A stretch of 64,000 nucleotides of DNA from Chitinivibrionales bacterium (GTDB taxonomy: Bacteria; Fibrobacterota; Chitinivibrionia; Chitinivibrionales; FEN-1185): contig DATJAL010000016.1 in assembly GCA_035516255.1 (NCBI GenBank), positions 80,629 through 144,628 of the forward strand, read 5' to 3'. Both the position numbers and the translations under genes were made by a program. Of the stretch, positions 1 through 9,071 are shown piece by piece. The first letter of the stretch is position 1; every line of letters begins with the position of its first letter. Under the pieces are notes generated by a model that had not been told where the DNA came from, did no database searches, and was given only the letters and a program-made list of their open reading frames with translations.

Positions 1-446
1 TGCAGACGTCGTTTGTTCCCGCGATTTCCCTCGGGAACGCTACCCCCGACCTTCTTCTCATCGTGCTTTTTTTCTTTTCGCTCAAATACGGCGTGATGCC
101 CGGTATTTTTGTCGGGTTCTTTCTCGGGTTGGGACAAGACCTCTATTCGCCCTCTCTTCTGGGGCAGAACGCGCTCGTGAAAACCCTGACCGGCGCCTTT
201 ATCGGCCTGTTTAACGAGCGCGTGATGCGCACCGACCCGCTCGTCAAGACCGTACTGCTGATCGTGGTGTTCATCGTCCACGACGCGCTCTTTATGGCGG
301 TGCAGGTGCTCAAGCTCCACGATTCGCTGGGCTCGCTGTTTTCCGGGCTCTTTTTCCGCACCCTTCCCCGCGCGCTGTATTCCGTGGCGGTTGCCGCGCT
401 GTTTTACTTATGGGAAATGATCCCCAAGCCCTCCGTGAGAAAGTAG
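1..446 (+). CDS. mreD: Rod shape-determining protein MreD (5' partial, open to window edge)
   Basis: The reading frame stays open from nt 3 to the stop at 444-446. The protein is small and very hydrophobic, and sits directly upstream of PBP2 and RodA, the canonical mreD position. Confidence 0.6.
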   Translation, partial: QTSFVPAISLGNATPDLLLIVLFFFSLKYGVMPGIFVGFFLGLGQDLYSPSLLGQNALVKTLTGAFIGLFNERVMRTDPLVKTVLLIVVFIVHDALFMAVQVLKLHDSLGSLFSGLFFRTLPRALYSVAVAALFYLWEMIPKPSVRK

Positions 447-453
447 GGCGCCC

Positions 454-2352
454 ATGCCGATCAGCCTGCACTTCCAGGACGACCAGCAGGAACGCGCGGC
501 GAAAAGCCTCCGCCTCATCATCGTGGTGTGCGCGCTGTTTGCCGTGCTCATCGCCCGGCTGTTCTTTTTGCAGGTGATCCAGGGCGAGACAAATGCCCGT
601 CTGTCAAGGGAAAACGGCATGCAGCTGCGCGTCATCAAGGCGCCCCGCGGCCTGATCCTCGACAGAAACGGCGTCGTGCTCGCGCGCAACCGCCCTTCCT
701 ATTCCGTCTGCGTGCTGCCCTACAAGGTGAAAAAACGATCCGAGATTATCAACAACCTCATCAAGATCCGCGACGACGAGGGAAATCCCGTGTTCGACAG
801 CCTGGAACTGCTGCAGCAGATGCGTGAGGCGCAAAAGCGGCGGTTCGATCCGGCGCGGCTCAAGGAGGACGTCTCCATGGCGCTCGTCTCCATCATCGAG
901 GAGCATTCCATGGAGCTGCCCGGCATCGTGGTGGAAACGGAATCACGGCGCGAATATCCGCTGGGCGCCAAGGCGTTCCACGTCGTCGGGTACATGAGCG
1001 AGATTCCCGAAAATCAATTTGACTCCCTCAAGAACTTCGGCTACCGGTTCGGCGACCTCGTGGGCAAGGCCGGCATCGAGCGGCAGTACGAAGACCTCTT
1101 CCGGGGCAAGGACGGGGAGGAATACATCGAGGTCAACGCCTACGGGAAAAGCCTGGGCCCCATAAAAAACATGCCGCGGATCGAACCGGTGCCGGGCGGC
1201 AACGTGTACCTCACCCTCGACGCCAAACTGCAGGCCACGGCCGACGACTCGTTCCCGGACACGCTCAAGGGCGCGACCGTCGTGCTTGACCCGCGCAGCG
1301 GCGAGGTGCTCGCGATGATATCCAGCCCCAGTGTCGACCCCAACATCTTCTCCGCAGCGGCAACGCTGCGCTCGAAAAACTGGGCATCCATCGCGCTCGA
1401 CCCGGCCCTGCCGCTTAACAACCGCGCCATTGCAGGCACCTACCCGCCGGGATCGACGTTCAAGCCCGTGACTGCGGTGGCCGGGCTCATGAGTAAAACA
1501 ATCACCGCCGATTCCCATATGCCGGTTCCCTGCCGCGGAAGTTTCCGGTTCGGCAGCCGTGTCGCCCATTGCTGGGACCTCAAGGGGCACGGCAGCCTCG
1601 ACCTCGTGGGCGCTGTCAAGCAGTCATGCGACATTTACTTTTACCAATTGGGCCTGCGGCTCGGCGACAAGCTCATCAACAAGGCGGCGGCTCTGTACGG
1701 TCTGGGCCAGCCCACCGGCATTGATCTGTCGGGTGAAAAGACGGGATGGCTCTCGGGCGAAGAGGAATACAACAAGCGCTTCGCGGCGCGCGGCTGGGTG
1801 TGGACCAAGGGCCTGGACATGGACATGGCCATCGGGCAGACACAGCTTGTCACACCGATCCAGCTCGCCTCGTTGGCCGGCGCCCTCGGCAACGGCCAAT
1901 GCGTGTACCGGCCCTTCCTCATGAAGGAGGTGCGCAGCAGCGACGGCACGGTGATCGCCCAGCAGAACCCTGTCGTGTCACGGACGCTTTCGCTCGATTC
2001 AACGGTGGTCGCGGCGCTCCATAAATCCCTCATCGAGGTGATGGCCGCGGGCGGCACCGGCGGACGTGCCGCCGTGCCCAATGTTCCGGTGGGCGGAAAG
2101 ACCGGCAGCGCCGAAAACCCGGGCCAGAAGACTCATGCTCTGTTCATGGCCTGCGCACCGGTCGACAGCCCGGTGATCGCCATCGCCACGGTTGCCGAAA
2201 ACGCGGGCCACGGCGGAAGCGTCGCGGCGCCCATTGCGGGCGCGGTTTTGCGGTATTTCTTCGCAAACGACCGAGAGGGCAAAAAAATTTCCGATGCCTA
2301 CGCGCAGGCCGCGCGCGACGAAAAAGGCAAAATAAAAACAGCGGCTCGGTGA
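454..2352 (+). CDS. mrdA: Penicillin-binding protein 2 (elongasome transpeptidase)
   Basis: 632 aa with an N-terminal TM anchor. Transpeptidase motifs are present: STFK (SxxK), SCD (SxD/N) and KTGSAE (KTG). It lies between mreD and rodA. Confidence 0.9.
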   Translation: MPISLHFQDDQQERAAKSLRLIIVVCALFAVLIARLFFLQVIQGETNARLSRENGMQLRVIKAPRGLILDRNGVVLARNRPSYSVCVLPYKVKKRSEIINNLIKIRDDEGNPVFDSLELLQQMREAQKRRFDPARLKEDVSMALVSIIEEHSMELPGIVVETESRREYPLGAKAFHVVGYMSEIPENQFDSLKNFGYRFGDLVGKAGIERQYEDLFRGKDGEEYIEVNAYGKSLGPIKNMPRIEPVPGGNVYLTLDAKLQATADDSFPDTLKGATVVLDPRSGEVLAMISSPSVDPNIFSAAATLRSKNWASIALDPALPLNNRAIAGTYPPGSTFKPVTAVAGLMSKTITADSHMPVPCRGSFRFGSRVAHCWDLKGHGSLDLVGAVKQSCDIYFYQLGLRLGDKLINKAAALYGLGQPTGIDLSGEKTGWLSGEEEYNKRFAARGWVWTKGLDMDMAIGQTQLVTPIQLASLAGALGNGQCVYRPFLMKEVRSSDGTVIAQQNPVVSRTLSLDSTVVAALHKSLIEVMAAGGTGGRAAVPNVPVGGKTGSAENPGQKTHALFMACAPVDSPVIAIATVAENAGHGGSVAAPIAGAVLRYFFANDREGKKISDAYAQAARDEKGKIKTAAR

Positions 2353-2359
2353 TGACGAT

Positions 2360-3637
2360 ATGTTCGAACTGCAGAAAAAAAACGAATTCGACCTTGCGCT
2401 GATCCTTGCCGCGCTTGCCCTGTGGACCATCGGCGTTCTACTCGTGTATTCCGCCACCCACATCTACGATGCGGGGCCGCTCATCCATTCCACGAGGAAT
2501 CAAATCATCTGGATCATCATGGGGCTTTTCATCATTCTTCTCGTCACCTCGATCCCGGCCCGGTTCTACTTCTCATTTGCCTATGTGATGTACGGCGCTT
2601 CGCTGCTGCTGCTTTTGTACGGTGTCTTCACCGGCGTCATCAGCAAGGGAGCGGAACGATGGGTGTCCATCGCAGGCCTCCGCCTGCAGCCGTCCGAGTT
2701 CGCCAAGATCGGCCTTCTGCTCGCGCTCGCCCGGTATTTTTCCACCAAGACCGTCACGCTGGAACGCTTGCCGTCGTTCATCGTGCCCGGCATTATGATC
2801 TTGGCGCCGTTCGGGCTCATCCTCAAACAGCCCGACCTGGGCACCGCGCTCATTCTCGGCCTCATGTCGGTGCCCATGATGTACTGGGCGGGGCTCACGA
2901 TCCTGGAGCTTTTTTTCCTTTTCTCGCCCCTTGTTTCATTCGCACTTTCGGCAATCCCCCTTATCTTGGCCTTTACTTTTAAGACGCAAGGCGGAATCTG
3001 GGAGACCATCCCTTGGGGCATTTTCTTCGTGATCCTGTGCAGCGTGCTTTATTTTGCGCGGCCGCGGTTTCTCATCCTTACAAGCGTCGTGATTATCAAC
3101 CTGTTCACGGCCGGCATCACCACCGTGGCGTGGAACGGCGTGCTCAAGGACTACCAGAAAAAACGCATTCTCACCTTTATCAACCCGCAGATGGATCCTG
3201 CCGGCGCCGGATACCAGGTGATCCAATCCAAGGTCGCGATCGGCTCAGGCTCGCTGGCGGGAAAGGGCTACCAAAAGGGCACGCAGACGCGGCTGTCGTT
3301 TCTGCCGGAACAGCACACCGATTTCATCTTCTCGGTACTGGGTGAGCAGTTCGGACTCGCCGGCTGCATCGCCATCCTTCTTTTATTTCTTTTTATCATC
3401 ATCCGCGGATACACCACGACGCAGGTGGTGCGCAACCGGTTCACCAACCTCGTCATCGTCGGCTCGGTGTCGCTCCTTGCCTTTCACATTTTCATCAACG
3501 TCTCCATGACCCTCGGCATGATGCCCGTGGTGGGCGTGCCCCTGCCCTTTTTGAGCTACGGGGGGTCGTTTACCTTGACAATAGCGATACTGCTGGGATT
3601 TTTGTTGAATGCAAGGTACGGCAAACAAGATTTTTGA
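2360..3637 (+). CDS. rodA: SEDS-family peptidoglycan glycosyltransferase RodA (FtsW/RodA/SpoVE)
   Basis: 425-aa polytopic membrane protein with the conserved block GSGSLAGKGYQKGTQTRLSFLPEQHTDFIFSVLGEQFG and the C-terminal PLPFLSYGGS motif. Adjacent to PBP2. Confidence 0.9.
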   Translation: MFELQKKNEFDLALILAALALWTIGVLLVYSATHIYDAGPLIHSTRNQIIWIIMGLFIILLVTSIPARFYFSFAYVMYGASLLLLLYGVFTGVISKGAERWVSIAGLRLQPSEFAKIGLLLALARYFSTKTVTLERLPSFIVPGIMILAPFGLILKQPDLGTALILGLMSVPMMYWAGLTILELFFLFSPLVSFALSAIPLILAFTFKTQGGIWETIPWGIFFVILCSVLYFARPRFLILTSVVIINLFTAGITTVAWNGVLKDYQKKRILTFINPQMDPAGAGYQVIQSKVAIGSGSLAGKGYQKGTQTRLSFLPEQHTDFIFSVLGEQFGLAGCIAILLLFLFIIIRGYTTTQVVRNRFTNLVIVGSVSLLAFHIFINVSMTLGMMPVVGVPLPFLSYGGSFTLTIAILLGFLLNARYGKQDF

Positions 3638-3689
3638 TTAAATATTCATGTGGGGCAAGTTCAGCCTGCCTCGTAACTACCAAAACAAT

Positions 3690-4075
3690 CATGGCGCCTG
3701 CCGGTCACGGCACCGGTTCTACCGCTTCGGGTACTTCCAAGGGTCCGTCCCTCCGGTCTCGCCTTCGGCTCGGGCTGCCACGGCGCGAGGCCGCTTCGCG
3801 GCGGCGTCCGGGCAGCGCCGCGCTCCAGCGACGGCCTGCGGTCGCCCCTGGCGCGCGGGCATAATTCCTTCTGCCGCGACTCTTTCCCCCTTATCAAGGG
3901 GGAGGCCGCCGAAGGCGGAGGAGGATGCACCGCAACCAAGGCGTTACGGAAACGCGACGTCCGCAAGGCGGATGCGTTGCGCTTCGCGCGCGTTTCTGTT
4001 TGAAGGGGTGTGGGTGCAGATCGCCGCGCCACCCCAGGGGAAACCACGAAGTGGTTGCCCCACCAGACATTTTTA
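3690..4075. repeat. Composite GC-rich intergenic repeat (family B modules m2-m4 plus a partial module E)
   Basis: Long stretches match 54117-54510, e.g. CCGTCC(C/T)TCC(G/A)GTCTCGCCTTCGGC(T/C)CGGGCTGCCACGGCGCGA, GGCGTCCGGGCAGC, and GGGGTGTGGGTGCAGATCGCCGC. Shorter matches occur at 40575, 44770 and 56555. Confidence 0.75.
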
Positions 4076-4169
4076 ATTTGAAAAGTCTATACCACTAATC
4101 CCCATTCAGATTTTATTTTTCAATGGGTAACTTATTGTTCAAAAACCCAACAAGGAAAGCATCTCATCC

Positions 4170-5012
4170 ATGCACCCCATTCTGTTCAATATCCATCTCA
4201 TGAAATTCACCGTCCCCATCCACTCCTACGGGTTCATGCTTGCCGTGTCGTTTCTGTTCGGCATCTGGTTTGCCGCGACGCGCGCAAAAAAGGAGGGCCT
4301 GCATCCCGACGTGATCACCGACCTGGGCTTCTGGGTGATCCTCGCCGCGATCGTGGGCGCGCGCCTCTACTACGTGGTGCTTCACTTTGAGGAATTCCAA
4401 GGCGACCTGCTTTCCATCATCAATCCGTTCCATGCCGGCAACCTCGGAATCGGCGGGCTCGTGATGTACGGCGGGTTCATCGGCGCGCTGGTCGCCGCAA
4501 TAATTTACTTCCGGGTGAAAGGGGATCCGTTCCTTCCCTACGCCGACGTTTCTTGCGCCAGTCTCGGCTTTGGAATTTTTCTCACCAGAATCGGCTGTTT
4601 CCTCAACGGCTGCTGCTACGGCGCGGCCACTTCATCCGCGTGCGGCATCAGTTTTCCTTTGCACAGCCCGGCTGGCGCATACCAGCACGAGATGCACGCG
4701 CATGCGCTTCTGCCGTCCCAGCTCATCGAGAGCAGCGGCGGCCTTCTCATCGTCGTCATCATACTGCTTGTCGGAACGCGAAAAACATTTCCCGGGTTCC
4801 GCCTGTACCTCACCGGCATCATGTATGCCGTGCTGCGGTTCGCCGTTGATTTCACGCGCTTCTACACGCCCCAGGAGAGACTCGGCCCGCTGTCCCACAA
4901 CCAGATTGTGTGCATCGTGTTTTTCATCCTGTTTTCCGGGCTCATACTCAGGCACTTCCTTTTTAAAGAGGAAGATACTGCGCAACCCGGGCAGCCCAAT
5001 GCATCTGCCTGA
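4170..5012 (+). CDS. lgt: Prolipoprotein diacylglyceryl transferase
   Basis: 280-aa multi-TM protein. The N-terminal pattern (IHSYGFMLAVSFLFGIWFA...RAKKEGL) and the later GARLYYV and GGLVMYGGFIGA blocks are typical of Lgt. Confidence 0.85.
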   Translation: MHPILFNIHLMKFTVPIHSYGFMLAVSFLFGIWFAATRAKKEGLHPDVITDLGFWVILAAIVGARLYYVVLHFEEFQGDLLSIINPFHAGNLGIGGLVMYGGFIGALVAAIIYFRVKGDPFLPYADVSCASLGFGIFLTRIGCFLNGCCYGAATSSACGISFPLHSPAGAYQHEMHAHALLPSQLIESSGGLLIVVIILLVGTRKTFPGFRLYLTGIMYAVLRFAVDFTRFYTPQERLGPLSHNQIVCIVFFILFSGLILRHFLFKEEDTAQPGQPNASA

Positions 5013-5754
5013 GGTGCGGCAAAAAATAAAATCCCTTCTTGATCGCGCGGCCCGCAACGCAGCCGGCCTTGTTTTCCCAGGCCTCTGCATCGTGTGCCGC
5101 AATCCCTGTTCCGACAAAAACCACTGGCTTTGTGCACGGTGCGCTTCCCACCTCGTGCAAAACCACGAGCGCCGCGACGCGTGCCCGCTGTGCGGCCAGA
5201 ACCGCCGCGCCAGGCCGTGCGCATGTGAATACGCTTGGGACTTTCCGTTTGAAAGAATCTACTCATTGTTCGATTATGACGATACGGTGAAAGAACTTTC
5301 ACACGCATTCAAGTACGGCGGATTTAAGAGGCTCGCCTTTGATATTGGAAAAATCTATGGTGAACTAATTCCTCGGGACTTTTTCAACGGTACGGACATC
5401 GCGGTGCCGGTACCGCTCCATTTTCTGCGAAAGCTGAGACGCGGGTACAATCAGGCCGAGTATTTTTGCCGCGGGGTGCTGGCTTCAAGCGCGGGGCATC
5501 CCGTCCTCTGCATTCAGGCGCTTACGCGCCGGAAGGCAACCAGGACGCAAACGGCGCTATCGAAGGAACAGCGGTCGAGAAACCTTGCTGCCGCGTTCCA
5601 GGTCCCGCCCGGCAAAGCGCGCCTTATAAAAGGAAAAACCATTGCACTCGTTGATGACGTGGTGACCACGGGAGCAACCACCGCGCAATGCGCAGCCATC
5701 CTGCTCGACGCGGGCGCGAAGGCTGTCCGCGTGCTGTCGCTCGCAAGGGGCTGA
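4999..5754 (+). CDS. ComF-family protein / phosphoribosyltransferase-domain protein
   Basis: The ATG at 4999 is in frame with ORF 4570..5754. N-terminal Cys clusters (CIVC...CARC, CPLC) are followed by the PRTase motif ALVDDVVTTGAT. The longer upstream extension overlaps lgt and looks non-coding. Confidence 0.75.
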   Translation: MHLPEVRQKIKSLLDRAARNAAGLVFPGLCIVCRNPCSDKNHWLCARCASHLVQNHERRDACPLCGQNRRARPCACEYAWDFPFERIYSLFDYDDTVKELSHAFKYGGFKRLAFDIGKIYGELIPRDFFNGTDIAVPVPLHFLRKLRRGYNQAEYFCRGVLASSAGHPVLCIQALTRRKATRTQTALSKEQRSRNLAAAFQVPPGKARLIKGKTIALVDDVVTTGATTAQCAAILLDAGAKAVRVLSLARG

Positions 5755-5822
5755 GACTTTTGCACTAAAGGAAAAATTCTGCGGTTCAATCGGGATAAAT
5801 AGTAAAATTTCCAGATTAATTA

Positions 5823-5851
5823 TTGATTTTCTAGGCGTGAGGCCTTATATT
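5823..5851 (+). promoter_or_regulatory. Sigma70-like promoter candidate (TTGATT-17-TATATT)
   Basis: Hexamers at 5823-5828 and 5846-5851 with a 17-nt spacer, about 80 nt upstream of the 5933 start. Confidence 0.35.
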
Positions 5852-5932
5852 TTCCGTTGAAACAGGTGCTTTTCAGTAACTATTTATTTGATTTGACGGT
5901 CTAATGGGTGGTGAGAAACAAAGGAGTGCATT

Positions 5933-6562
5933 ATGAGGAAAAATTCATCAAACGTTTCTTTGATGTTTATCGCCTTCATGGGAATCATCATTGCCGTGTC
6001 GGCAATCGATACTGCGGCATGGGGCGGATTTCGAGGCGGGTATTATGATCATGGTTTCCATCACGGTTTTTATCATGGATATTACGGGTGGGGAACCCGG
6101 TGGCCTTACTGGTATGATTACGGCCCGATTGCCCCTCCCTTCGGAACATTTGTCGCCTACCTTCCCGACGGATATGCCACTATTATTGTTGGCGGCGTTC
6201 CTTATTATTATTGCGGAGGATATTACTTCAGGCCGTATTCGAACGGCTATGTAATTGTTCCTGAACCAGCTGCAAACCCGGCAGCGGTGACCTCTCCGAC
6301 AAAGGAGTCCAGCGCCCAGCAGGTGCCGGAGGCATCTTCAACGTCCGAGCCAGCCAAAGAGGAAGCCAAATCCGGCTCCAAGATCGCTTCGCAACCTCAT
6401 TCGTCAGTACAGGACACTGCGACGATAAACATCCCCAACGCCAAGGGCGGATTTACGCCCGTGAAACTGGCAAAACACAACAACGGGTATATTGGTCCAC
6501 AGGGAGAATTTTACGCAGGCCATCCGACCGTGGAACAGCTCAAGGCGCTGTACGGTAATTAA
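5933..6562 (+). CDS. Secreted/membrane-anchored Tyr/Gly/His-rich protein of unknown function
   Basis: 209 aa with an N-terminal hydrophobic segment. An aromatic-rich region follows (GGYYDHGFHHGFYHGYYGW...YYYCGGYYFRPY). RBS AAAGGAG lies upstream. GC is visibly lower than in neighbouring genes. Confidence 0.5.
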   Translation: MRKNSSNVSLMFIAFMGIIIAVSAIDTAAWGGFRGGYYDHGFHHGFYHGYYGWGTRWPYWYDYGPIAPPFGTFVAYLPDGYATIIVGGVPYYYCGGYYFRPYSNGYVIVPEPAANPAAVTSPTKESSAQQVPEASSTSEPAKEEAKSGSKIASQPHSSVQDTATINIPNAKGGFTPVKLAKHNNGYIGPQGEFYAGHPTVEQLKALYGN

Positions 6563-6574
6563 CAAAGGCTACCA

Positions 6575-6620
6575 AAAAAAATGCGCCGGCTCATGTCAAT
6601 GTGCCGGCGCTTGCTTTTTA
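6575..6620. terminator. Bidirectional intrinsic terminator between convergent genes
   Basis: Stem GCGCCGGC (6583-6590) pairs with GCCGGCGC (6603-6610), flanked by an A-run upstream and a T-run downstream. Confidence 0.6.
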
Positions 6621-6649
6621 GGCATTCAATCGGCTGATTACAGCCGCCG

Positions 6650-7141
6650 TTAAGCCATAACTCCGTGTTGCTGTTCCATCCACTCTTCCTGAGCTTTCTT
6701 CATTTCAACGGGTGTCAGCTCAATGGTGTGGGTTGCAATGTCCCAGAGATAGCCGTAGGGGTCTTTTATCTGGCCCGTCCGGTCGCCCCAGAAAGCGTCC
6801 TGCAGCGACATTGTCGCTTCACATCCCGCTGCCGTGGCTTGAGTGAACAAAGCGTCAACGTCCCCGACGTAAAAATACAACCCCATGGTAACGTAATGCT
6901 CCGGCGGTTTGACACGGTCGCTTCCCCCCATGCTGTCGGCAAGAAAAACGGGGCTGCTTCCGAACTTCAGCAACGCATGGATCACCTTGCCGTCCGGCGT
7001 TGTTTCTACATCGCCGACCTGTACCGCATTGAACGCCTTCTTGTAAAAGTCAATCGCCTCGCGGCAATTCCCGCCGAACCATAATTGTGGTGTCAGTGAA
7101 TAGAGTCCTTCAGGAATCGGTTTTGCGGCTTTATGCGGCAT
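6650..7141 (-). CDS. VOC-family (glyoxalase/bleomycin-resistance, PhnB-like) protein
   Basis: 163 aa. The pattern LTPQLWF..NCREAIDFYKKAF..., HALLKFG...F.ADS, and the C-terminal FWGDRTGQIKDPYGYLWDIATH is typical of PhnB-like VOC proteins. Confidence 0.75.
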   Translation of the reverse strand: MPHKAAKPIPEGLYSLTPQLWFGGNCREAIDFYKKAFNAVQVGDVETTPDGKVIHALLKFGSSPVFLADSMGGSDRVKPPEHYVTMGLYFYVGDVDALFTQATAAGCEATMSLQDAFWGDRTGQIKDPYGYLWDIATHTIELTPVEMKKAQEEWMEQQHGVMA

Positions 7142-7195
7142 TTTTCCCTCCTTTGTTGATTGGTTTCTTTTCCAAGCGAACTCTGTAAAAATTTC

Positions 7196-7211
7196 TGCAA
7201 TTAGTGTGCCA
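7196..7211 (-). promoter_or_regulatory. Sigma54 (-24/-12) promoter candidate upstream of the VOC gene
   Basis: The minus strand reads TGGCAC-ACTAA-TTGCA, an exact match to the TGGCAC-N5-TTGCA consensus, 55-70 nt upstream of the 7141 start codon. Confidence 0.5.
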
Positions 7212-7680
7212 CGGGAAAAGTTATCCCCATGACTAAGTATTTCCTAAAATAAACTTATGAACCCTGCGTCATGCATCGGGGAGAAAAACTTTCGTCTTTT
7301 CATTGATAGAATGTTTTCTCGTCGCCTCTCCCAATTATGAGAATCATCTAAAACATTGATGAAAAAATCACATCACTATGCTTACCTGGCATAAAGATTG
7401 CCGTTTTATCGTCGTATAGCCGTCCTCGTTCGTTCAATCCACTTCGGTAAAGGAGTTCACCATGCGATACCGTCTATTCGGAATGAAGAACTTTACATAT
7501 CGGAACTGTGGGCAGGACAGGGAAAGAAGGCCCGGGTTTTCAGGGAAGTAATTCGTATTCCCATTATTGTAGGATCCAACTGTTTTAATCGGTTTAAATA
7601 TTATTCAATAATGTCGACGCCCCGCTTATTTTTTATTTAGGATTGCCGCGCTGCCTTTTCCAACGTATTTTTCTTGCGCC

Positions 7681-7762
7681 GGAGGAATAGGATAATGGTA
7701 ATCCGACGGTCTTGAAAACCGTTGCCGGCAACGGCTTGGGGGTTCGAGTCCCTCTTCCTCCG
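7681..7762 (+). tRNA. tRNA-Ser (anticodon UGA)
   Basis: Cloverleaf read by eye: acceptor GGAGGAA/TTCCTCC, anticodon stem ACGGT/ACCGT with loop CUUGAAA, long variable arm GCCG-GCAA-CGGC, and T arm GGGGG-TTCGAGT-CCCTC. CCA is not encoded. Confidence 0.85.
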
Positions 7763-7881
7763 CAATAAATTTATTTGGGATTCTTTGCAAGTAGTAAAGG
7801 ATCCCATTTTCTGTTTTCCGGCGCCCTCTTTTCTCTTTTATTTAAAAGATTCATCTTAATTCGAAAATAAAAAGAAAAAGA

Positions 7882-7910
7882 TTGACTTTTTATCTAAAAA
7901 TTGGTAAAAT
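7882..7910 (+). promoter_or_regulatory. Sigma70-like promoter candidate (TTGACT-17-TAAAAT)
   Basis: Hexamers at 7882-7887 and 7905-7910 with a 17-nt spacer, in an AT-rich gap about 85 nt upstream of the 7996 start. Confidence 0.45.
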
Positions 7911-7995
7911 AGATCTAAAGATTTTTAAAATCAGGCTCAAAAATAATGGCCTAAAATTTAAGCGCTTAATTAAATGTCTATGAAAGGAGTTTTTA

Positions 7996-9060
7996 GTGAA
8001 GCTTTTTCCCATCTGGGTATTTGCAATTGTTTCGTTGAGTTTTGGCGCAAACCGCTTCCTGCTTGATGCAGAGCTTCGAACCAACTTTGCAGCCAATGGA
8101 TCAACCACTCAGTTTCTAACCGGTTATTCCTACGATGCCCAAGGGAATAGGATCCAGTCACGAGTATGGAGTGGTTCAGACAGTTCGACATCGCCCATGA
8201 GCACCGATAAACTCACGTATAACGGCAACGGGCAATTATTGGAAGAATTACTTCTCTCCGGCGTTGATACTCTGACAATCGTTCGCTACGTGTACAGCGG
8301 CAACAACCTTATTGCCGTGCACACCTTGAGAAAAGACGGCTCATTGAGGTACACCGACAGCATGCTCTATGACGGCCAAGGACGTCTTATCGAGGAGCAG
8401 CGGATATCCGCAGGAGTTGAGACATATTACCACCGGTACACATTGAACGCTTTTGGAAAAACAGTGGCGGATTCTCTTTATGAATTGGTCTCTTCCGCCT
8501 TTACCGCTACACAGGCGACGCTCTTTACCTATAATCCGGACTCAACGGTGGCAAAAGAAGTGCAATGGCTGATGAGCAGCGGCACGTGGTATTGCATCAG
8601 CACGGCTTTCATGAGTTACTCAAATGGATTTCTGGTATCCGTTGCAACGCACGACCGTGACGGTACAGGTACCGCCATGACCGATTCCCTGGCGTATACT
8701 TACGATGCCTACGGCAACCGCACCAAAGATGAGGATTATGATGGAACCAATACCCTTGTCTATCAAATTGTTTATACATGGCGTGATACGCAAGCGGTTG
8801 CCGCAATCACAAACGCCAGTCCGATTGGGGGACAACAGGCCGTTTTAAGCTGCAATCACGGCCAGCTTTTTGCCCATCTTACCTCTGGCAGCCGCGGGCT
8901 GATTGCTCTTTACGACTTGGCGGGCAGACGCATCTGCCAAGTCATGGCGGGACATTCGGGACTTGTCCCCTTAAACGGCCTAGTAGGCAAAGGTTCCTTT
9001 ATAGCGGTTTATACGAGTGAAACTGATAAACAGGCGCTGAACTTTACAAAATATAACTAG
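7996..9060 (+). CDS. Secreted YD/RHS-repeat protein with a T9SS-like C-terminal domain
   Basis: GTG start with RBS AAAGGAG and a signal peptide. Repeated [21 protein letters not shown] and YDAYGNR motifs are present. The C-terminal ~70 aa ([13 protein letters not shown]...FIAVY) resembles a T9SS sorting domain. GC is visibly lower. Confidence 0.65.
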   Translation: MKLFPIWVFAIVSLSFGANRFLLDAELRTNFAANGSTTQFLTGYSYDAQGNRIQSRVWSGSDSSTSPMSTDKLTYNGNGQLLEELLLSGVDTLTIVRYVYSGNNLIAVHTLRKDGSLRYTDSMLYDGQGRLIEEQRISAGVETYYHRYTLNAFGKTVADSLYELVSSAFTATQATLFTYNPDSTVAKEVQWLMSSGTWYCISTAFMSYSNGFLVSVATHDRDGTGTAMTDSLAYTYDAYGNRTKDEDYDGTNTLVYQIVYTWRDTQAVAAITNASPIGGQQAVLSCNHGQLFAHLTSGSRGLIALYDLAGRRICQVMAGHSGLVPLNGLVGKGSFIAVYTSETDKQALNFTKYN

Positions 9061-9071
9061 GGAGGCGACGC

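Noticed and set aside
3634-4076. ORFs inside intergenic repeats (3634..3864, 3648..4076, 3661..4047; likewise 54116..54337, 54303..54521, 54389..54571, 44638..44994, 60677..60940)
   Set aside because: Their sequences are simply translations of the hairpin repeat families, giving Arg/Pro/Gly/Ala-rich strings. The same DNA occurs in both orientations at other intergenic sites. They have no RBS or plausible start context.
4570-5754. N-terminally extended versions of real genes in the ORF track (4570.., 10655.., 20997.., 32385.., 32987.., 33181.., 36420.., 52307.., 56744..58951, 42936..44315, 44972..45727, 51687..52589)
   Set aside because: The extensions overlap the preceding gene or a repeat and translate to low-complexity sequence. 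An internal ATG/GTG with an RBS, followed by a signal peptide or a conserved N-terminus, gives the expected protein.
7398-7640. 80-aa ORF 7398..7640 and the 29-codon ORF 7462..7551 upstream of tRNA-Ser
   Set aside because: The 80-aa ORF has poor composition and no RBS. The 29-codon ORF has a good RBS (AAAGGAG) but is too short, and its sequence is too unremarkable to call. It is mentioned only in connection with the sigma54-like site.
7681-7762. tRNA at 7681 as a possible second tRNA-Sec or suppressor, because of its long variable arm
   Set aside because: The anticodon reads UGA (which decodes UCA, Ser), not UCA. The 7/5 acceptor/T geometry and 4-bp D stem are those of an ordinary class II tRNA-Ser.
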